From NCBI GenBank assembly GCA_026991575.1, contig JALXBF010000049.1:1-64000 (forward strand): a stretch of DNA of 64,000 nt, given 5' to 3'. The position numbers and the translations under genes are program-made. Numbering within the stretch: position 1 is the first letter of the stretch; every line of letters begins with the position of its first letter. The notes beneath the pieces were generated by a model that was given only the letters and a program-made list of their open reading frames with translations, did no database searches and was not told where the DNA came from. Shown here in pieces: positions 37,633 through 47,045 of this stretch. This DNA comes from Planctomycetota bacterium (GTDB lineage Bacteria > Planctomycetota > Planctomycetia > JALXBF01).

Positions 37633-37969
37633 CATACGGTTTCAGGACCGAGACGGCAGGCAACGGCGAGCCAGCAGGTGCCAAACGGCCCGCCGGGAAG
37701 CATAACCTCCGGCTTCAACCTTCACCTGCGTCGCGGCCTTGAGGATCACGGGGTAGCGGGATGCAGCCAAGCTGGCGGAACTCGCCGGGGGACGTGAAGC
37801 TGCCGCGGCTGGCAGGACGTCCACATCCGCGACGGGTAGCGAGGTGCGGTCGCGGCCCCGTTGTGCGCGCGAGATGGGCCCTGCGGGGCCAGGTAGGCAG
37901 TTGGCACCGTTGCCCAAGCCGCTGGAGTGGGTCTGGTCTGCGGCGCCCGGCGGCGAAACGGCTAGCCAG

Positions 37970-38042
37970 TGGGGGCGCAGGGAGTCGAACCCTGGACCCT
38001 CGCATTAAAAGTGCGATGCTCTACCAGCTGAGCTACACCCCC
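37970..38042 (-). tRNA. tRNA-Lys(TTT)
   Basis: Reverse complement GGGGGTG TAGCTCAGCTGGTAGAGC A TCGCA-CTTTTAA-TGCGA ... GGTTCGACTCC ... CGCCCCC A; CCA not encoded. Confidence 0.97.
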
Positions 38043-38069
38043 AGACGGGCCGGTAGCCCGAGTCGCCGA

Positions 38070-38098
38070 ATTTTAGCCACGCCACCAATGCCGGGCAA
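38070..38098 (-). promoter_or_regulatory. Sigma70 promoter for tRNA-Lys
   Basis: Minus strand TTGCCC-17 nt-TAAAAT, ~28 nt upstream of the tRNA. Confidence 0.6.
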
Positions 38099-38302
38099 TC
38101 TCACCAACCGCCCCGCGCCCGCTGCAGGCTCGCTCCCCTGGCCTGACGGCCCGCAGGCGAGGGCGGACGTTGCGGCCGTCCCAGCGGGATGTTGATCCCA
38201 AGGGGGCCGGCCCGGCGGGGGATGGAAACATGGACCCATGCAGCCGCTTGCACGGCCAGTGCGCGAACCGGTCCATTCCTGGCAGCTTATCGGCTGGATG
38301 TG

Positions 38303-39565
38303 CTACGGGGTGGACCGCTGCGCAGCGGTCGTGGCTGGGGCTCCCGCTGGCTTGTCGTCGCCACGCTCCTGAGCCACCTTCCGAGCACACAACGGGCAGT
38401 AGAGCTCCACGCGATTCCGGCCTTTCCGCTTGGCGCGATACAGTGCCTCGTCGGCCTTGGCCAGCAGTTCGCTGGGTGTGCTGGCGTCTTGCGGGAAAGT
38501 GGCAATGCCGCAGCTGACGGTCACGCGGCCATCCTCGCCGAACAGCGCATGCAGCGAGTACTCTTCAATCGCCCCTCGCAGTCGCTCGGCAAATGCGTAC
38601 GTTTCCAGCTCGGCGTCGACGACATGCTCATCGGCCTGTCCCGAGCGCTTCCGGCGCGGCATGATCACGGCAAACTCCTCTCCACCCAGGCGACAGAGAA
38701 TGTCTTCGGCACGGAAGTGCTGCCGCATCAGCTCAGCCAACAGTTTGAGCACATCGTCGCCAGTGGGATGTCCGTAGCGATCGTTGATCCGCTTGAAGTG
38801 ATCCACGTCGACCAGCAGCAGACTCACGGGGAACCGTTCCGCTCGGGCGAGGACCAAGTAGTAGTTTAGCGCCTGTTGCAGGAATCTGCGGTTGAAGAAC
38901 CCGGTTAGCGGATCGGTGTATGAGAGACGCAGCAAGTTGTAGGAACGCCACGCCTCAGCCAGAATCGGCTCGGTTTCGGCCAGCGCACGCTGGGCTCTGC
39001 GGATATCGTCCGCACTCAGCGTGCGGCCCTGGTCGACGTCTGTGATATTGATCACCCCGATTGCCTTCCGGTCCGGACCACGGACCGGCAGGCTGATGAA
39101 CCCTTTGCTGCGGTACCGGTTCGGTCGCGCAACCGGCAAACGGACACGCGACACGTCGGGCACCAGCAGCGGTACGCCCCGACTGTAAACCCAGCCCACG
39201 ACACCCTCACGCGCGTCAACCCGCCGGGCCCGCCGGGCGATCTCCTCGGGCAATCCGGCGTAGGCAACCAGCGCCAGTCCGCGGTCAGCGTCGGCAACGA
39301 ACAACGAGCAGCGACCGGCGTGAACCTCATCCAGGATGTGCTCCACCATGAAATGTGACGCGGCTTCGATGTCGTGACTGAGTTGTGCAACGAGTTGGCC
39401 GAACTGAAGTAGTGGTCGGTTGTCGGAGCGTAGCATGGCCAGCGCGCGGCGCACGGCCTCGGTGGTGTGAGCGGACGGGCACCCCAACAGTTGGCGGAGC
39501 GGATCCGGCACAGAGGTCATCACAAGCCCTGCTCGGGCTGCCCCGTCTAGCGTTGTACCGTCCAT
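38303..39565 (-). CDS. GAF-domain diguanylate cyclase
   Basis: GAF (GVVGWV, FISLPV, IGVIN); TDPLTG, DVDHFKRINDRYGH, RAED I-site, GGEEF, ADEALYRAK. Confidence 0.92.
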   Translation of the reverse strand: MDGTTLDGAARAGLVMTSVPDPLRQLLGCPSAHTTEAVRRALAMLRSDNRPLLQFGQLVAQLSHDIEAASHFMVEHILDEVHAGRCSLFVADADRGLALVAYAGLPEEIARRARRVDAREGVVGWVYSRGVPLLVPDVSRVRLPVARPNRYRSKGFISLPVRGPDRKAIGVINITDVDQGRTLSADDIRRAQRALAETEPILAEAWRSYNLLRLSYTDPLTGFFNRRFLQQALNYYLVLARAERFPVSLLLVDVDHFKRINDRYGHPTGDDVLKLLAELMRQHFRAEDILCRLGGEEFAVIMPRRKRSGQADEHVVDAELETYAFAERLRGAIEEYSLHALFGEDGRVTVSCGIATFPQDASTPSELLAKADEALYRAKRKGRNRVELYCPLCARKVAQERGDDKPAGAPATTAAQRSTP

Positions 39566-39844
39566 CGTCGGTGATACCCCCGCTGTGTCGTTCGGACTTG
39601 ACCGCCAGAACGGCGACCGATGGGACCAGTTCCGTATGCGGCGGCCCGGCTTGCTCTAGCCCCGGTCGCGGGGCAACCATAGCCCGCCGCCACTGGGTAC
39701 CATGTGAGCCGAGCAAGACACTCGGGAACAGCCGCCGCCGACCCCGCCCCGGCAAGCGGCCGCGACGACAACCGCAACAACCTTGATGGGTTCGGTCAAA
39801 TATAGCTTGCGCACCGGCGTGCACCGGCTCCAGGGGGGTTAACG

Positions 39845-41080
39845 ATGACATCAGGATCGGCATATACGGAACAGGTAGAGCTGCACGGCCACATTATCGA
39901 TTCGCTTCTGCTGCCCAAGGTGCTCGACATCGTGCTGGAACAGGGCGGCGACTTCGAGCTGCTGGAGGTACGCATTGGTCGCCGGCGGCAGGACCCGAGC
40001 TATGCCCGCATCGAAATCCGGGCCGATTCGGCGGATCGGCTGCGGGCGATCCTGCAGCAGATTAGCCTCCACGGCGCGGTCCCGATCGAGCAACACGACT
40101 GCACCGTGGTGGCTGCTGACCAGGACGGCGTCTATCCGGATGGGTTCTACAGCACGACGAACCAGCCGACGGAGGTGCGGATCGATGGTGAGTGGATTCG
40201 CGTCGCCGATCAGGAGATGGACTGCGGCATTGCTGTCGACCCGGTTCGACGTACGGCCCGCTGCGTGCCCATGGCTCACGTGCGCCGCGGTCAACTGTTC
40301 GTGGTCGGCCACCGTGGTGTCCGGGTGGTTCCCGTGGCGCGCGACCGCCAGGTGGGCCATGGTGAGTTCCGGTTCATGGCAAGCGATGTATCGATCGAAA
40401 AGCCGAAACGCAGCCTGATCGAGCGCATTGCTCACGCAATCCGCGCCGCGCGCGCCTCTGGCAAGAAGATCGTCCTCGTCGGCGGCCCGGCCATCGTGCA
40501 CACCGGCTCGGTCGGACATGTCTGCCGGCTGATTCGCGCCGGCTGGGTGGACGTGCTCTTTGCGGGCAACGCTTTGGCGGCCCATGACATCGAGTACGCC
40601 CTGTACGGCACCAGTCTGGGCGTTTACCTGGACCGTGGCGAGCCGGCTCACCATGGCCACGAGCATCACCTGCGTGCGATCAACACCATACGCCGCTGCG
40701 GCAGTATTCGCGCTGCCGTGGAACAGGGGGTGCTGTCTGCCGGCATCTTCTACGAATGTGTGCGGCACGATGTGCCGTTTGTACTGGCTGGTTCGATTCG
40801 CGACGACGGCCCCCTGCCCGATGTCATCACGGACGCCCTGGTAGCGCAGGACCGCATGCGGGAGCACCTGCGCGGCGCAGGCGTCGCACTCATGATTGCG
40901 ACCGTGCTCCACGCAATCGCCACGGGCAACCTCCTGCCTGCCTGGGTCACGACCGTCTATGTCGACATCAACCCGGCTGCCGTCACGAAACTCATCGATC
41001 GGGGCACGGTCCAGGGAATCGGGATTGTGACCGACGTGGAGGCATTCCTGCGGCAGCTGTGTGATCTGTTGCCGGCATGA
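39845..41080 (+). CDS. TIGR00300/LOR-SDH family protein, putative ornithine cyclodeaminase (AgrE C-terminal-like)
   Basis: GHIIDS, FYSTTN, QEMD, FMASDVSIEK, GPAIVHTG, GNALAAHDIE, GSIRDDGPLP, VDINP. Confidence 0.88.
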   Translation: MTSGSAYTEQVELHGHIIDSLLLPKVLDIVLEQGGDFELLEVRIGRRRQDPSYARIEIRADSADRLRAILQQISLHGAVPIEQHDCTVVAADQDGVYPDGFYSTTNQPTEVRIDGEWIRVADQEMDCGIAVDPVRRTARCVPMAHVRRGQLFVVGHRGVRVVPVARDRQVGHGEFRFMASDVSIEKPKRSLIERIAHAIRAARASGKKIVLVGGPAIVHTGSVGHVCRLIRAGWVDVLFAGNALAAHDIEYALYGTSLGVYLDRGEPAHHGHEHHLRAINTIRRCGSIRAAVEQGVLSAGIFYECVRHDVPFVLAGSIRDDGPLPDVITDALVAQDRMREHLRGAGVALMIATVLHAIATGNLLPAWVTTVYVDINPAAVTKLIDRGTVQGIGIVTDVEAFLRQLCDLLPA

Positions 41081-41301
41081 GCCCTGGCCGGCGGGCCCGT
41101 CCGCGGGAAGCAACGGCCAGCCGTGATCAAAGCGGTCACGCTCCAGGACAACAACGACGTCGGCCAAGCGCCGCGGCTGCAGGCCGTCTCCGCCGGCGGT
41201 CCTTCAGCATGCGCTGCGGTTTCCTGCATACGATGCCGGTGCACCGTCTCCGGCCAGCCTGACTCGATCGCTCACCACTCGGTGGCAGCGGACGCGGTGC
41301 G

Positions 41302-41331
41302 TTGACACGCTGCGCAGCGGGCCGTTAGAAT
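41302..41331 (+). promoter_or_regulatory. Sigma70 promoter of the GNAT-M16 operon
   Basis: TTGACA-18 nt-TAGAAT. Confidence 0.6.
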
Positions 41332-41380
41332 CTGCCGCGAAGCCGAGCTAGTTTGCCGCAACAGCCATTGTCGGATCACG

Positions 41381-41935
41381 ATGGTGACCGCGACCTTCCG
41401 ACGCTATCGCATGGCGCGCGCGCTGGAGCCCTTGCCCCACTTCCCGCTTCCAGCCGGCTTCCTATGGGTCGCCTGGGAACCCGATCTGCTCGCCGTACAC
41501 GCCGACACACTCTATCGCTGTTTTGCCGGCGAGCTCGACTCGCTTGTGTTCCCGTCGTTGGGGACTCCGGAAGGTTGCCGCCGTATCATGCATGACATCG
41601 TGGGCCGATCGGGATTCTTGCCGCAGGCCACCTGGCTGGTCGTCACGGCCGACAGCCAGGAGCCATGCGGCACGATCCAGGGCGTGCGCGTGGGGGACAC
41701 GCTGGGCGCGGTCCAGAACCTAGGCGTCGTGCCCGCGTATCGCCGTCGCGGCCTTGGCAAGGCACTGCTGGCACGGGCCATGGAAGGTTTCCGGGACGCC
41801 GGGCTTAGCGAGGTCTACCTGGAGGTGACCGCTGACAACACGCCCGCTATTCGGCTCTACGAGCAGCTCGGCTTCAGTGTCGTCAGGATCCTACAAACCA
41901 TCCGCCGAACCCTGGACGTGGAACCGGAACGCTAA
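41381..41935 (+). CDS. GNAT N-acetyltransferase
   Basis: VVPAYRRRGLGKALL, LEVTADNTPAIRLYEQLGF. Confidence 0.9.
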   Translation: MVTATFRRYRMARALEPLPHFPLPAGFLWVAWEPDLLAVHADTLYRCFAGELDSLVFPSLGTPEGCRRIMHDIVGRSGFLPQATWLVVTADSQEPCGTIQGVRVGDTLGAVQNLGVVPAYRRRGLGKALLARAMEGFRDAGLSEVYLEVTADNTPAIRLYEQLGFSVVRILQTIRRTLDVEPER

Positions 41936-41966
41936 CCACACTCCGCTCGTTTCGGGAGCCGAAAGG

Positions 41967-43238
41967 GTGGCAACGGAAACGCGACCGCTCTTGATCCACC
42001 ATCTGGACAACGGTCTGACGCTGGTTGCCGAGCCGATGCCGGCAGTCCGGTCTGCCGCGTTCTGGCTGCTGCTGCCCGCTGGCAGCGGCTACGATCCGGA
42101 GGGCCGTTATGGCGCGGCGCACATGACTGCGGACCTGATTTTCCGCGGTGCCGGGGCACGCGATACACGCCAGATCGTTGCCGACCTGGACCGTCTCGGC
42201 GTAGCGCGGAGCACGGCCGTTGACACAGAGTTCACCAGCCTGGCGGCAGCCACGTTAGCAACGAATCTGCCGGAGACGTTGTCCATCTATGCGGACATCG
42301 TGCAACGACCCCATCTGCCGGAGAACGAGGTCGAAGCCGTCCGGCAGGCCTTGCTCCAGGAGCTACAGGCGCAGGAAGAAGACCCCCGCAGTAAGCTCTT
42401 CAACGAGCTGCGGCTGCGTCACTGGCCCAAGCCCTACGCGTTTCCCCCTACAGGCACCTTGCAGACCGTGCCCGAGATCTCCTACCGGGACCTGCGCTCC
42501 CACTGGGAACGACGGTACACACCTGCGGGGGGAGTATTGGCCGTGGCCGGCCAGTTCGATTGGGACCGGCTGCGCCGCGTGGTCGAGGAACTCTTCGGTT
42601 CATGGCGCGGCCCTGAGCCCGCCCCACTGCCGATCCAGGCACGCGGCGACCGCGTAGCCCACATCGAGCTCCAGACGGCGCAGACGCACATCGGCCTCGG
42701 CTGCGATTCGGTCCCGTATCGCGATCCCGAGTTCCTGACGCTACGAGCCGTGCTCTCGGTGCTGTCGGACGGCAGCAGCAGTCGGCTGTTCACCGAGCTG
42801 CGTGAGAAGCGCGGGCTCTGTTACGCCGTGTCAGCCACGTACGTCGGCTTCCGTGACATGGGTGGTATCGTCTGCTACGTGGGCACGACGCCCGAGCAAG
42901 CGGACGTGGCGCTGGAATTGCTACTCAGTGAGCTGGAACGTGTCGGCAGAGAGATCGAACCGCGGGAGCTGGAACGCGCCAAGATCGGCCTACGCTCCGG
43001 GTTGATCATAAGCTTGGAGTCGACGAGGGGGCGGGCAAGCTTCCTGGCGCGGGACTGGTTCTACATGGGTCGAGTGCGTAGCGTTGAGGAAATCCTAACG
43101 ACAACCGAACAGCTAACCGTTGACGACCTGCTCGACTTCCTTAAGCGGCATCCGTTCACGAACCACACCGTTGTGACGATCGGCCCGAAACAGCCCAGGC
43201 TGCCCGCCGCTCTGGCATCCCCGCCACCGGACGGCTAG
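41967..43238 (+). CDS. M16 (pitrilysin/MPP-like) peptidase, non-catalytic subunit
   Basis: LDNGLTLV, SSRLFTELREKRGLCY; HxxEH replaced by HMTAD; start GTG 41967. Confidence 0.88.
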   Translation: MATETRPLLIHHLDNGLTLVAEPMPAVRSAAFWLLLPAGSGYDPEGRYGAAHMTADLIFRGAGARDTRQIVADLDRLGVARSTAVDTEFTSLAAATLATNLPETLSIYADIVQRPHLPENEVEAVRQALLQELQAQEEDPRSKLFNELRLRHWPKPYAFPPTGTLQTVPEISYRDLRSHWERRYTPAGGVLAVAGQFDWDRLRRVVEELFGSWRGPEPAPLPIQARGDRVAHIELQTAQTHIGLGCDSVPYRDPEFLTLRAVLSVLSDGSSSRLFTELREKRGLCYAVSATYVGFRDMGGIVCYVGTTPEQADVALELLLSELERVGREIEPRELERAKIGLRSGLIISLESTRGRASFLARDWFYMGRVRSVEEILTTTEQLTVDDLLDFLKRHPFTNHTVVTIGPKQPRLPAALASPPPDG

Positions 43239-43314
43239 CCGATTGTAGCTCAGGGGCCGTGCATTCCAAGAGACCCGACTCCGCGACTCACAGCAGCACG
43301 AAGCGAGGACCACG

Positions 43315-44598
43315 ATGTCCGTCTCCTTCCACCATACGACGTTAGACAACGGCCTGCAGGTTGTCGCCGAGGTGAATCCGCACGTGTACTCGGTGGCCGT
43401 GTCGTTCGTGGTCCGGACGGGCGCGCGTGACGAGCGACCTGAAGAATACGGCCTGGCCCACTTCCTGGAACACATGGCCTTCAAGGGCACCGAGCGCCGC
43501 TCGGCGGAGGACATCAACCGCGAATTCGACGAGATTGGTGCCCACTACAACGCAGCGACTTCCGAGGAACTGACCTCCTTCTACGCGGTCGTGCTGCCGG
43601 AGTTCCTGGCACGGGCCGTAGACCTGCTGGCCGACATCCTGCAACCGGCACTGCGGCCCGAAGATTTCGAGCTGGAAAAGCAGGTTATTCTCGAAGAGAT
43701 ACGCATGTACCAGGATCAACCCACCTGGACGCTCTACGACCGCGCGATCGAGACCTACTTCGCCGGTCACGATCTGGGGCACAGCGTCTTGGGTACGACA
43801 GCAACGGTCAGCAGCCTGACGGTTGAGCAGATGCGAGCCTACCACGCGGAACGCTACCGTGCCGGCAACATTGTTGTCTTCGCCACCGGCAACTTTGACT
43901 GGCCCGAGCTGCTCCAGCTCCTGGCGCAGCACTGCGGCCACTGGCCGGGCGGCAGGCCCAGGCGGAAGCTTACCGGCCATGCCCCCCAGCCGTTGGTGCG
44001 GGTGTTCCGCGACGACAAAGTCGAGCACGCCTATCTGGTTGGCATGTCGCCGGCTCCCCGAGCGGGAGACCCCCAGGCTCTGGCTGCTTCTTCGCTGGCG
44101 GCCGCCATCGGCGACAGCACTGGCAGCCGCCTGTTCTGGGAACTAATCGACCCCGGTCGGGCCGATTCTGCCGACTACGAACGCCATGCGTTCACCGACA
44201 CGGGTGCGTACATGGCGTACCTGAGCTGTGCGCCGGAACGGCTCCAGGAAAACGTCGAGACGCTGTTGAGAGTCTGCCGCGAGGTAGAAGAAAACGGCAT
44301 CGAAGAGGAGGAGCTCGACCGCGTGCGCAAGAAGTTTTCCTCGCAACTCGTTCGCTCCGCTGAACGCCCAATGGGACGCCTGCACCAGATCGCTTCCGAT
44401 TGGCTATACCGCGGGCTGTATCAACCAGTGGATGCGGCGTTGGAAGAGTACGACAGGATCGCCCTGGAACACGTCCGCATGTTGCTGCCGCATTATCGCC
44501 TGGTACCGGCCGCGTTCATCGGGCTGGGCCCGATCGATGAGACCGCCCTTCAACAACAGCTTGCGGGATACCGCACCGCGACGGCACCTGCCGGTTGA
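43315..44598 (+). CDS. M16 peptidase, catalytic subunit
   Basis: AHFLEHMAFKGT zinc motif, NAATS, EKQVILEE. Confidence 0.92.
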   Translation: MSVSFHHTTLDNGLQVVAEVNPHVYSVAVSFVVRTGARDERPEEYGLAHFLEHMAFKGTERRSAEDINREFDEIGAHYNAATSEELTSFYAVVLPEFLARAVDLLADILQPALRPEDFELEKQVILEEIRMYQDQPTWTLYDRAIETYFAGHDLGHSVLGTTATVSSLTVEQMRAYHAERYRAGNIVVFATGNFDWPELLQLLAQHCGHWPGGRPRRKLTGHAPQPLVRVFRDDKVEHAYLVGMSPAPRAGDPQALAASSLAAAIGDSTGSRLFWELIDPGRADSADYERHAFTDTGAYMAYLSCAPERLQENVETLLRVCREVEENGIEEEELDRVRKKFSSQLVRSAERPMGRLHQIASDWLYRGLYQPVDAALEEYDRIALEHVRMLLPHYRLVPAAFIGLGPIDETALQQQLAGYRTATAPAG

Positions 44599-44763
44599 CC
44601 GACTCGATCGCCCTCAGTGGCGTCAACCCGTCAGCCGCCCTTCTTCGGGCGGTGCGGCGCAGCCGCCGGCTGCGGTCTCCGCTGCATGCCCTCCGTGCTA
44701 CCATTGCCATGGAGGAAGCGGTAGGTCACGGTTCGCCACACGCCGACGGTGGTTCCAAGCACC

Positions 44764-45768
44764 ATGCCAGCGAACCTGACGCCTCAGTACCACAAAGCGG
44801 AAGAAGCGTACAAGCGGGCTCAGACCACGGAAGAGAAGCTGGCAGCTCTCCGCCAGATGCTGGCCACGATCCCGAAGCACAAGGGTACCGAGAAGCTCCA
44901 GGCCGATATCAAGAGCCGCATCCGGAAGCTCAAGGAAGAGCTGCAGCAAGAGCGCAAGAAGGGCAAACGGGGGGTAAGCTATCGCGTGCCCCGGGAGGGA
45001 GCGGGCCAGGTGGTGCTGATCGGGCCGCCGAACGTGGGCAAGAGCCGGCTGCTGGCTGCTTTGACGAGTGCCCACCCGGAAGTTGCCCCGTACCCGTTCA
45101 CCACACAGCGGCCTCAGCCGGGCATGATGCCCTGGCAGAACGTCGCGGTTCAGCTCGTTGACCTGCCGCCGGTTACGGACTCGTACCTGGAAGGCTGGAT
45201 CCCCGGCCTTATCCATGCAGCCGACGCTGCTGTGCTGGTGGCCGACCTGAGCAGCGATGACATGCTTGATGCCCTAGAGTCGTGTCTTGGCCGGCTGGAG
45301 CGGGCACGTATCTACTTGTGCACGGAGCCGGATCGCTTCCAGCAGCTGGCTGCCGGCAGCGACGGCACAATGTTTCTGAAGAAGAGCTTGTTGGCTGCCA
45401 ACAAGTTGGACGCTGCCGACGCCGGTGAGCGGTTGGAGTTGCTCAGGGAGGCCTACGGTGACCGGTTCGAGATCTTGCCGGTGTCGGCCGAGACGGCCGA
45501 AGGGTTGGGCACGCTGCGCGATCGGATCTATCAGTTTCTCAACGTCATCCGCGTCTACTCGAAGCCGCCCGGCAAGCCGGTCGATCGCGAGAAGCCGTTC
45601 ACCCTTCCGGCCGGCAGCACTGTCATGGACCTGGCCGAACACATCCACCGGGAGTTAGCCGCGAAGCTCAAGAGCGCGCGCGTCTGGGGGGAGGGCGTCT
45701 ACCCGGGTCAGCCGGTGAAACGGTCGCACGTGCTGCACGACGGGGACATCGTCGAGTTACATTTCTGA
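44764..45768 (+). CDS. DRG/OBG-family GTP-binding protein with C-terminal TGS domain
   Basis: PKHKGTE N-terminal helical region, GPPNVGKS, YPFTT, DLPP, NKLD, VSA; TGS IRVYSK...HVLHDGDIVELH. Confidence 0.9.
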   Translation: MPANLTPQYHKAEEAYKRAQTTEEKLAALRQMLATIPKHKGTEKLQADIKSRIRKLKEELQQERKKGKRGVSYRVPREGAGQVVLIGPPNVGKSRLLAALTSAHPEVAPYPFTTQRPQPGMMPWQNVAVQLVDLPPVTDSYLEGWIPGLIHAADAAVLVADLSSDDMLDALESCLGRLERARIYLCTEPDRFQQLAAGSDGTMFLKKSLLAANKLDAADAGERLELLREAYGDRFEILPVSAETAEGLGTLRDRIYQFLNVIRVYSKPPGKPVDREKPFTLPAGSTVMDLAEHIHRELAAKLKSARVWGEGVYPGQPVKRSHVLHDGDIVELHF

Positions 45769-45912
45769 ACGCTTCGCAACGAAGCTCCGGGGAGATGGTC
45801 GGCAGAGTAGCGGCAAGAGGGGACAAGCCGCGAGACGCTGTCGCTGCGACCGATCGCCCTGGTGGCTTGAGACCGGCGAGCCCCTAGTGCTACGGGATCT
45901 GAGGAAGTGCCG

Positions 45913-46737
45913 ATGGCTGCACGAATCTTGATGTGTCGACCAGATCACTTTGGCATCGAGTACGAGATCAACCCCTGGATGAGTCGCCGTCGCGCAGCGG
46001 ACCGGCGGCGGGCCATGCAGCAGTGGCAAAGGCTGGTTGAATTGCTCGGCAGCCTCGGCGCGAGCATCGAGCTGATTGAACCGGTAGCCGGCCTGCCCGA
46101 CATGGTGTTCACGGCCAATGCAGGGCTCGTCTACAAGGACAGAGTGCTGTTATCCCGATTTCGGTACGACGTGAGGCAGCCGGAAGCGGAGCAGTTCGCG
46201 CGTTGGTTTCGCGAGCATGGCTTTCAGGTGGTCGAACTGCCTGAAGGGCACTACTTCGAAGGCGCTGGCGACGCCCTGTTCTGTGGGGAAACGCTGATCG
46301 GGGGCTACCTCTTCCGAAGCGACGTGCGCAGCCATCACTGGGTGGCCGAACAGCTTGGCTGCCCGCTGGTGGTTGCCGAGCTGATCAACCCGTACTTCTA
46401 CCACCTGGACACCTGCTTCTGCCCCCTGCGCCCCGGCTGCGCAGTCTGGTACCCGGAAGCGTTCGATCGTTACGGCAGGCTAGCGATCGAGCAGGCCGTA
46501 CCGGAACTGATCGAGGTGAACCAAGAGGAAGCCTATCGTTTCGCTTGCAACTCGGTTGTCGTCGGAGAGCACGTCATCACTCCGACCGGCTGCCCGCGCC
46601 TGCACCGTACGCTGCGGCTGTATGGGTTCGAGCCGCACGAGGTCGAGCTGACGGAGTTTCAGAAAGCCGGCGGCAGTGCAAAGTGCTTGACGCTCCGCCT
46701 GGACGGCGAGGACGCGGCAGCGTGGCGTACCGCTTAG
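45913..46737 (+). CDS. Amidinotransferase/pentein-fold protein, arginine dihydrolase (ArgZ N-terminal)-like
   Basis: ILMC, YEINPWM, PDMVFTANAG, FEGAGD, YHLDTCF, FACN, AGGSAKCLT. Confidence 0.9.
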   Translation: MAARILMCRPDHFGIEYEINPWMSRRRAADRRRAMQQWQRLVELLGSLGASIELIEPVAGLPDMVFTANAGLVYKDRVLLSRFRYDVRQPEAEQFARWFREHGFQVVELPEGHYFEGAGDALFCGETLIGGYLFRSDVRSHHWVAEQLGCPLVVAELINPYFYHLDTCFCPLRPGCAVWYPEAFDRYGRLAIEQAVPELIEVNQEEAYRFACNSVVVGEHVITPTGCPRLHRTLRLYGFEPHEVELTEFQKAGGSAKCLTLRLDGEDAAAWRTA

Positions 46738-46983
46738 TGCGGCGTGGGCGGGGAGAGCCTGGGCGCGCCGGTCCACGGCTGTACCGCGTGCCCCAGGGCA
46801 ATGCCGCCCCGCTGCCTCGCGGTCCGTCGCACCAGTGGCGGGCCGCCCGGTCGGCGCAGCAGGCGCTTGCCCGCTGATCGGCCCGTCGCGATCGGTACCT
46901 ACCGTCGCGGGCCGGCTACCGCTCCGCTCCTGCTGGCCGAACGGCACCGAGCGGTTCCAGACCGCATCGGCTGCCATCCGACC

Positions 46984-47012
46984 TTCACCGCGGCAAGAGC
47001 GGCTCCTACAAT
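46984..47012 (+). promoter_or_regulatory. Putative promoter of the glycogen/trehalose cluster
   Basis: TTCACC-17 nt-TACAAT, followed by GGAGG and the glgX ATG. Confidence 0.45.
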
Positions 47013-47045
47013 CAGCGGTCGTGCACCACGGAGGACAACATCCGG

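Noticed and set aside
41967..44598. M16 pair with one subunit lacking HxxEH
   Set aside because: Known heterodimeric M16B arrangement, not novel
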